Below are positions 57,797 through 64,000 of a stretch of DNA of 64,000 nucleotides, piece by piece. Every line of letters begins with the position of its first letter. Within the stretch, counting starts at the first letter, position 1. The translations under genes were made by a program, and so were the position numbers. Source of the stretch: Spirochaetia bacterium (lineage in GTDB: Bacteria; Spirochaetota; Spirochaetia; SZUA-6; Bin103); the NCBI GenBank assembly GCA_965208575.1, contig CBDBOV010000006.1, positions 1,024,001 through 1,088,000 of the forward strand, in the 5' to 3' direction. The notes beneath the pieces were generated by a model, which saw only the letters and a list, made by a program, of their open reading frames with translations, did not search any database and was not told the origin of the DNA.

Positions 57797-58919
57797 GTGA
57801 CGAAGGGCCGGTACACGGCGCTGATTGCCGGCTACACCGGCGCGGTGGGCGGCGCCCTGGCGCGCGAGCTGGCCGGCCGCGCCGAGTGGCGGGTCTACGG
57901 CCTGGCCCGGCATCCGCCGGCGGCCGTCGAGCCCGCCGCCACCAGCGAGCCGTCCTGGGACGGGGAACCCGCCGTCACCGGGGTGGAGGGCGTGACCGGG
58001 GTGGCGGCGGACATGGCGGACCGCGACGGGCTGCGGCGGGCGCTGGAGCCACTGGGCGGCGTCACCCACCTGTTCTACTGCGGGCGCGTCACCCACGCCG
58101 AGCAGGTGATCGAGGATGCCGCCGCCAACCTCGCTCTGCTGGACAACGTGGTCACCGCCACCGAGGCGGCCGCCCCGGGGTTGCGCCATGTGCACCTGGT
58201 GCAGGGCGGCAAGTACTACGGCGTGCACGTCGGGCCGTTCCCGACTCCGGCCGAGGAAGCGCAACCGCGCGCGCCGATCGACAACTTCAACTACGACCAG
58301 CAGGACTACCTGAGCACCCGCGCCGCCGCGGCGCGGTGGACCTGGTCGGCGTCGCGGCCCAACACGCTGGTGCACTTCTCGCCGGCGATCGCGCGCAACC
58401 TGGTCAGCACGCTCGGCGCCTGGGCCGCGATCTGCCGCGAGCTGGGCGCCGCGCTGGACTTCCCGGGACCGCCGGCCGCCTATGGCAGCCTCACCCAGCT
58501 CACCACCATCGAGCTGCTGGCGCGCGCCATCGCCTGGATGGCCACCGAGCCGGCGTGCGCCAACGAGGCGTTCAACGTCACCAACACCGACCTGTTCCGC
58601 TGGCACGCGCTGTGGCCGCGGCTGGCGGACGCGTTCGCCATGCCGCTCGGCTGCGTGCGTCCCCTACGGCTGGCCGAGGTGATGGCCGGCCGCGGCGAAC
58701 TGTGGCGGCAGGTGTGCGCGCGCCACGGCCTGGTGCAGCCCGACCTGGACCGGGTCGCCAACTGGGGGCTACGCCGACGCCACCCTGGAGCGCACCTGGG
58801 ACGAGATCCTGAGCCACAACAAGGCACGCCGCCTCGGCTTCCACGACTGGGACGACAGCCCGGCACGCATCTTCACCATCCTCGACCAGTACCGCCAGGC
58901 CCGAATCCTGCCGCACTGA
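57797..58919 (+). pseudogene. PRISE/VEP1-like SDR with a +1 frameshift in a G5 run (58764-58768), or a sequencing error
   Basis: GYTGAVG, QGGKYYG, NFNYDQQD, NEAFNVTN; removing one G restores WGYADATL..WDEILSHNKARRLGF..YRQARILPH*. Confidence 0.8.
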
Positions 58920-58939
58920 GCCACCTGCTCTCGTCGCGG

Positions 58940-60037
58940 CTACTGGCGGTGAAACTCCATCCAATAGTGTCCGTATTGACGGTATTCATTGCCGGCTGTT
59001 TCGTGCCAATACCAGGACACGATCAGCAGGTCGGGGCTGTCGGTCGGGGCGAACGCGATGCGGTCCGCTTTGAATTCTTCGCCGGGTTCCTCCGCCGTTC
59101 CACCCAGCGGCGTCCAGGTCGAACTCGCACCCTGAAAGTCGAGGAAGTAGTTCCCGTCGTCGAGCGTCCACGTGGCCGTGAACCGCTCGGTTCCGTGCGC
59201 CTCTCGCACCTCCCCAATGAACGTCCCGTCCGCTCCGATTGTCATCTCGAAGAGGACCGGACCCTGATCCCACTCATCGGTGGCCTGCCACACGCCGGTC
59301 AACGTTGGTACCGGATTCGGGATCCAATCGTAGCGCTCAAGCCCGACGTCCGCCGGCGTCTCGTGGTCATCCTGCCACTCATGCATGAACAGTACGCTGT
59401 GGTCGTCGCTTCCCCACACGTAGTGCTTCCGGACGCTCATCGAAGAGCCGTCTTCCTCGTCTTCCCACTCTCTTATCACCGTACCCTCGGCCGCTGTCGA
59501 CCATCCGCCGCTTGGATTCCACACGTGGTCAAGGGTTCCGTCAAGAAAGTAGTAGGATCGGGCCAGAACATACCTGCCACTCGTGAATGTAAGGGTGTCG
59601 ACGAAGTGTCCCTGAACCTCGCCGTCATCGTCGTGCCACTCGCGGCCTGGTGTCCTCCAGGTGCTTTGGAGTCCCGGCCTCACGGTGATGGTGAAGACGA
59701 GGGAAGCCTTCTTCGAGCCGGTGGCGTTGGTTGCGGTGTAGGTCACGCTGTGATTGCCGGCCGCGGTCGGGGTGCCGCTCAGCACGCGGGTGGCGGCGTC
59801 GAACGCCAGGCCAGCAGGTATCGGCGCGAGGTTGTAGGTCAAGTCACCCTTGTCACCCGTTGCCTCCGGCAGCGTGACGGGCGACGACGCCACGTCCCTG
59901 GTCATGGGTGGTATGGACAGCGTCAGCTCTTCCGCCGGGAAGTCTACCGGTGTACTCACGGTCGCCTGCTCGCAACCTGGCAGGCACATCACCACCGCGG
60001 CGGCTGCTGCCGGCCACGCGGTGCGTATCGATCTCAT
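58940..60037 (-). CDS. Surface lipoprotein with putative Ig (He_PIG-like) domain and beta-rich C-terminal repeats
   Basis: Lipobox LPGC; LPEATG..G.LTY.L...PAGLAFDAATRVLSGTPT.AG...VTYTAT; in-frame upstream ATG 60169 with AGGAGG. Confidence 0.8.
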   Translation of the reverse strand: MRSIRTAWPAAAAAVVMCLPGCEQATVSTPVDFPAEELTLSIPPMTRDVASSPVTLPEATGDKGDLTYNLAPIPAGLAFDAATRVLSGTPTAAGNHSVTYTATNATGSKKASLVFTITVRPGLQSTWRTPGREWHDDDGEVQGHFVDTLTFTSGRYVLARSYYFLDGTLDHVWNPSGGWSTAAEGTVIREWEDEEDGSSMSVRKHYVWGSDDHSVLFMHEWQDDHETPADVGLERYDWIPNPVPTLTGVWQATDEWDQGPVLFEMTIGADGTFIGEVREAHGTERFTATWTLDDGNYFLDFQGASSTWTPLGGTAEEPGEEFKADRIAFAPTDSPDLLIVSWYWHETAGNEYRQYGHYWMEFHRQ

Positions 60038-60209
60038 GTATTTCACCTTCGGTGTTCTCCTTGTCGTTTGTCGCGTAGTGGTCAGGGCAGGGAGCCCTGC
60101 TTGTCCGAACTTGTCTCGCGCAACGCGCTCCTGGCACGGAGCGGCGCGCCTGCGTTCACGTAGCTGCATGACCTCCTTTACGTGGGACTTCGGTGCTGGT
60201 TCCGGGCGT

Positions 60210-60473
60210 TCATCGGTGTCTGTCGCTCGGGCGGCGCGGCGGGCGTGGGATTTCGGCGGGCCACTCCCCGTCGTCGGGCCAGTGATCGGAGAGATACTGG
60301 AGCGCACGAGCCGCGCGACGGATCGTGATGGTGCGTCCGCGCTCCAGACGGGCGATCGTTTCGCCGCTTCCGGTCGCCAGGCGGGAGACCGTCGACAGCC
60401 GTCGCCGGGTGTGAGTAGCGAAGATCGTACAGAGGCGCGGTAACCACTCCGTCGTCGTGGCCGTGTCGTTCAT
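60210..60473 (-). CDS. Phage Cro-like HTH protein
   Basis: LSTVSRLATGSG.TIARLERG..ITIRRA..ALQYLSDHWP...EWPA.IPRP; divergent from the S24 repressor. Confidence 0.75.
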   Translation of the reverse strand: MNDTATTTEWLPRLCTIFATHTRRRLSTVSRLATGSGETIARLERGRTITIRRAARALQYLSDHWPDDGEWPAEIPRPPRRPSDRHR

Positions 60474-60479
60474 AGCATG

Positions 60480-60508
60480 ATTGTGTCATACATCGCATAT
60501 CCGTGCAA
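60480..60508 (-). promoter_or_regulatory. cro promoter with a degenerate operator
   Basis: - strand TTGCAC-17-CACAAT ending 6 nt before ATG 60473; contains a GTGTCAT half-site (60483-60489). Confidence 0.55.
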
Positions 60509-60598
60509 CCCGTCTGTATTCACCCGTTTTCTTGCCGGGGGGCGCGAGGCTCCGGGACTCCCACCGGTAGCGTTTGGGGCTCGGTGCGGTTTCTGTTA

Positions 60599-60618
60599 TC
60601 GTGTCATTTATGACACGA
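60599..60618. promoter_or_regulatory. Perfect 9-2-9 operator over the repressor start
   Basis: TCGTGTCAT-TT-ATGACACGA; overlaps TG-n-TATCGT -10 box and ATG 60610. Confidence 0.75.
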
Positions 60619-61482
60619 GGCGGCCTGGACCACCTGCGCGCGACCGTAAAGACTCACGTCCAGCGCGAGGGATTGCGTCCGCTCTCCACCCGCACGGGGA
60701 TACCGGTCGGGCAGCTTCGCAGCCTCCTCGACGGGCGAGCAGCGCTGAGCACTACCATTGAGTGCGCTTCGACGGCGTTCGGATTGGAGTTCTACGTCGG
60801 ACCTCCGCGCGAATCCGATTCAGCCGGGCCGGCGGGCAGGGCGGTCGGTACTTCGGACAGCTCTGGCGGCCGCGAGCATCCCCAGTCTGCCGAGGTACCT
60901 GCGGCGGCAACGCCTCCCGCATGGGTGATGAATCTGCGCCGCGACTTGCGCGAGGACGTGGCCACGCTGCTACGGGGGTTCACCAGCGCCGACGCCCGAG
61001 CGTTTCTCGCCACCGGCGCCGCGGCGCGACAACCAGCGCTCACCGGCGTGGCGCCAAGTGCCGACTACGCGAGAGTTCGCATGCTCGACGCAGCCGCCGG
61101 CGGTGAGAGTGGCGGGGAGCTCCTGCTTGAGCAGGCGCGGGTCACCGGCTACCAGGAATTCCCGCGCCGATGGCTGGAGCGCCACGAGATCGATGCCGGT
61201 CGGTGTGCGATTGTCGGCATACGGGGAGACGCCATGGAACCGACGCTGCCGGACGGGTGTTCGATCCTGGTCGACTACACCCGTCGACGCCTGCGTGTCG
61301 GACGCATCTTCGTGGTGCGCTCCGGCGCCGAACTGATGGTGCGGCGGGCGCTCAAGGACCGCGCCGGCCGGTGGCTGTTGGCCGGCGATCATCATCCGCG
61401 CACGCCGCCGGCACCATGGGACCGGCGCGGTTCCGAGGTAGTCGGGGAGGTTCGCTGGATGGCCAACACGTTCGCGGGGTAG
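60610..61482 (+). CDS. CI-like repressor: N-terminal HTH plus S24-like domain with substituted catalytic residues
   Basis: GLRPLSTRTGIPVGQLRSLLDG; AAAGG; IRGDAMEPTLPDG.ILVD; ELMVRR; VVGEVRW. Confidence 0.85.
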   Translation: MTRGGLDHLRATVKTHVQREGLRPLSTRTGIPVGQLRSLLDGRAALSTTIECASTAFGLEFYVGPPRESDSAGPAGRAVGTSDSSGGREHPQSAEVPAAATPPAWVMNLRRDLREDVATLLRGFTSADARAFLATGAAARQPALTGVAPSADYARVRMLDAAAGGESGGELLLEQARVTGYQEFPRRWLERHEIDAGRCAIVGIRGDAMEPTLPDGCSILVDYTRRRLRVGRIFVVRSGAELMVRRALKDRAGRWLLAGDHHPRTPPAPWDRRGSEVVGEVRWMANTFAG

Positions 61483-61620
61483 GACAATCGGAACGCGCGG
61501 CGCCGGGTGCAGCGCAACTGACGCCGACAGACTTGCTGGACGGTGCCGCCGGACAAGGTCGATGATCCTCCGATTCGAGCCTACCGGTAGACGCGGAACG
61601 TGCGCCGGCGCCCGCCAAGT

Positions 61621-61667
61621 GGGCAGGGCTGGGCAAGGCAGGGCAGGGCTGGGCTGGGCAGGGCAGG
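61621..61667 (+). repeat. (GGGCW)n pentamer microsatellite, about 9 units
   Basis: gggcagggctgggcaaggcagggcagggctgggctgggcagggcagg. Confidence 0.85.
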
Positions 61668-61726
61668 TCATGGCCGATGACGAAATACCGCTCCGGTGAT
61701 ACGATAGGGCACGGTGGAGGATGCCC

Positions 61727-62455
61727 ATGAAGAACTCCGCGCTCGCTGCTGCTCAGGTCGGGATTGACTACCCCACTACCGACGGTGAGCCCATGGCGGA
61801 AACCGATGCCCAGGGAATCCCCCTCATGTACGCGGTCACCGGTCTGCGCGACTACTTCCGCCACCGCCCCGACGTGTACGTGTCCGGCAACCTGTTGGTC
61901 TACTACGAAGCGGGCAACCTGGACGCCTCGGTGGCGCCGGACGTGTTCGTGGTGCTTGGAGTCCCGAACCACATGCGGCCGACCTACCGGATCTGGGAGG
62001 AAGGCAAGGGGCCCGACTTCGTGCTGGAGATCACCTCGCGCCACACGCGCGCCAACGACGAGGGTCCGAAGCGGGAACTGTACCAGCGGCTGGGGGTGCA
62101 GGAGTACTGGCGGTACGACCCGACGGGAGACTACCTGGAGCCGCCGTTGCACGGCCTGGAGCTGAGCGATGGAGCGTACCGGCGATTGCGGCCGAACTGG
62201 CTGGCGGACGGCACGCAGGTGATGTACAGCGCGGTGCTGGAGCTGGAGTTGAGGATTGAACGAGATGAACTGCGCTTCCGCGATCCGGTGAGCGGCGAGC
62301 GGGTGCGGACGCTGAGCGAAAGCAACGAAGAGCGGCGACAGGAGGCGGAAGCGCGCCGGCACGCCGAACAGAAGCGGCGACAGGAGGCGGCGGCACGCCG
62401 CGCCGCGGAAGCGCGGGTGGCGGAGCTGGAGGCGTTGCTGAACCGGCGTCGGTAA
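61727..62455 (+). CDS. Uma2 (DUF820) family endonuclease with coiled-coil tail
   Basis: YP.TDGEPMAET, VAPDVFVV, PDFVLEITS, GVQEYWRYDP; RBS GGAGG. Confidence 0.92.
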   Translation: MKNSALAAAQVGIDYPTTDGEPMAETDAQGIPLMYAVTGLRDYFRHRPDVYVSGNLLVYYEAGNLDASVAPDVFVVLGVPNHMRPTYRIWEEGKGPDFVLEITSRHTRANDEGPKRELYQRLGVQEYWRYDPTGDYLEPPLHGLELSDGAYRRLRPNWLADGTQVMYSAVLELELRIERDELRFRDPVSGERVRTLSESNEERRQEAEARRHAEQKRRQEAAARRAAEARVAELEALLNRRR

Positions 62456-62577
62456 CGCCGGCCTGATGATCGGCTTTACGCCGAACTCCGGCCCCGTGAG
62501 CGATTTCAGCCGTCCCGGAAGTTTGGCTCTTGACGCGGCAAGTCCGGGTCCCGTGCCCGCGGCCCGGGTGACGCTCC

Positions 62578-63774
62578 TCAGGCGTCCCTGTAGTTCAGCT
62601 CTCGCTGCGCGGTTACCTTCGACTCGTCGATGGCGAAGCCGAGGCCGGGGGCGTCGGGGACGGTGATGGTGCCGGCGACCGGGTGCAGCGGATCGGCCAG
62701 GAAGAACTGGTGGACGATGTTCCACTTGACCAGGTATTCCTGGATCGGGCAGGTGGGGGGCGGCTGGGCGGCGATCAGGTGGGCGGTGGCGTGCGTGCTG
62801 TGGTTGTGCGGGATCACCGGCAGGTCGAAGGTGGAAGCGAGCGCGCAGATCTTGACGGTCTCGCTGATGCCGCCGCACCAGCAGATATCGGGTTGCAGCA
62901 CGTCCATGGCGCGGTTCTCGACAATCGCCCGGAACCCCCAGCGGGTGTACTCGTGCTCCCCGCCGGCGATGGCAATCGGGGAGCTGGCGCGAATCTCCAG
63001 GTAGCTGTCCAGCTTGTCGGCCAGAACCGGCTCCTCCAGCCAGCGGATGCCGTACTCGGCCAGCTCGCCCGCCAGGCGGATCGCGTAGGGCACGTCCCAG
63101 GAACTCCACGCATCCAGCATGAGGTCGACGTCCTCGCCCACCGCCTGCCTGAGCGCGGCGGCCAGCGCCAGGTTGCGGCGCACGCCGTCTGGGCCGTCGG
63201 CGGGGCCGTCGCGGAAGAACCACTTGGTGGCGGTGTAGCCCTCCGCCGCGAACCCGGCGGCGCGCCGGGCGGCTGCTTCCGGCTCGATCGAAAATCCCAG
63301 CGCGCTGGCGTAGGCCGGGAAGCTGGTACGGGTCGGCCCGCCGAGCAGCCGGTACACCGGCTGCCCGAGCGCCTTGCCCTTCAGGTCCCACAGGCCGCAG
63401 TCCACGACGCTGATCGCCATCATCGGCTCACCCTTGCGGCCGTGGATCGTCGACCGGTACATCAGGTCCCACAGCAGCTCGATGGCGAGCGGGTCGCGCC
63501 CGATCAGGAGCGGGCGCAGCGCGGTGTCGATGATGAACGCCTCGATCCGGCTGCATGGCCCGGACAGGCCCACGATGCCGTCGTCGGTGTGGATCTCCAG
63601 GAACACGGCCCGCAGATCGTAGCGTCCGTCGCCGACACCGGGCATGAGGTTGGCGCCGCGGCGGCGAAACTCGGGGTACACGTCCAACGGCATGATCAGC
63701 CGCTCCTCCCAGAACGGCTCCGGATGCTCCAGCACGCCGCACAACTCGCGCAGCTTCAGGTCGACGATCTTCAC
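62578..63774 (-). CDS. Enolase-superfamily acid-sugar dehydratase (L-rhamnonate dehydratase-like)
   Basis: DCGLWDLKGK, TKWF, LDAW, WLEEP, GEHEYTRWGF, QPD, PGLG. Confidence 0.9.
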   Translation of the reverse strand: MKIVDLKLRELCGVLEHPEPFWEERLIMPLDVYPEFRRRGANLMPGVGDGRYDLRAVFLEIHTDDGIVGLSGPCSRIEAFIIDTALRPLLIGRDPLAIELLWDLMYRSTIHGRKGEPMMAISVVDCGLWDLKGKALGQPVYRLLGGPTRTSFPAYASALGFSIEPEAAARRAAGFAAEGYTATKWFFRDGPADGPDGVRRNLALAAALRQAVGEDVDLMLDAWSSWDVPYAIRLAGELAEYGIRWLEEPVLADKLDSYLEIRASSPIAIAGGEHEYTRWGFRAIVENRAMDVLQPDICWCGGISETVKICALASTFDLPVIPHNHSTHATAHLIAAQPPPTCPIQEYLVKWNIVHQFFLADPLHPVAGTITVPDAPGLGFAIDESKVTAQRELNYRDA

Positions 63775-63906
63775 TTCACCCTCCTGTTTACCGCCCGCCG
63801 TCACGGAGGCGGACGCCACCGCATGCTACCACTTCACGCCACCCGGCGGCGCGTTCACCAAAGGCGGGTTGTTGGTGTAAGCTGATGAGCGCCAGGAGGA
63901 ACTGCT

Positions 63907-64000
63907 ATGGCACTTCGCATAAACGACACGGCGCCCGATTTCCACGCCGACACGACACAGGGGCCGATCAACTTCCACGAGTGGGTCGGCGACGGCTGGG
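63907..64000 (+). CDS. 1-Cys peroxiredoxin (Prx6-type), 5' partial
   Basis: AGGAGG RBS; [31 protein letters not shown]. Confidence 0.8.
   Translation, partial: MALRINDTAPDFHADTTQGPINFHEWVGDGW

Noticed and set aside
57746-60163. 805-aa SDR fusion protein
   Set aside because: Artefact of the +1 frameshift; the tail is antisense to the lipoprotein gene
58940-62455. Intact prophage around CI/Cro
   Set aside because: No integrase, terminase, capsid, tail or lysis genes; the flanks are metabolic genes

Overview
High-GC bacterial chromosomal segment. The family-5 binding-protein style, RarA with a C-terminal methyltransferase-like domain, a serpin, NHL and Ig-like proteins and very dense toxin-antitoxin (TA) content suggest a host-associated organism, possibly a Spirochaetota-like sponge symbiont; this taxonomy is inference only. 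The backbone is catabolic and transport genes: three ATPase-less family-5 ABC operons, sugar isomerases, ribulokinase, mmsA, two enolase-superfamily enzymes, two PhyH dioxygenases and rarA. The left edge holds a zinc-starvation-type locus: His-rich ZnuA, COG0523 GTPase, WD40 protein, and a Cys-rich ferredoxin-like ORF missing from the ORF track that reads in frame into a HemB-like N-terminus. Accessory modules are interspersed: a HEPN pair, a HigB-HigA-SecB (TAC) triad, three PIN TA pairs, several toxin remnants, an adenine MTase/ABC-ATPase/TOPRIM/KAP-NTPase cassette, and a ~1.1 kb diverged permease duplication bracketing three foreign genes. The best candidate for a new system is an isolated phage-type CI/Cro divergent switch (60.2-61.5 kb). 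Its S24 autoprotease dyad looks inactivated (Ser->Ala, Lys->Arg), and its Cro arm leads into an Ig-domain surface lipoprotein rather than phage genes. No rRNA, tRNA, CRISPR array, integrase or transposase was recognised. All family calls are motif recognition by eye, not database searches.
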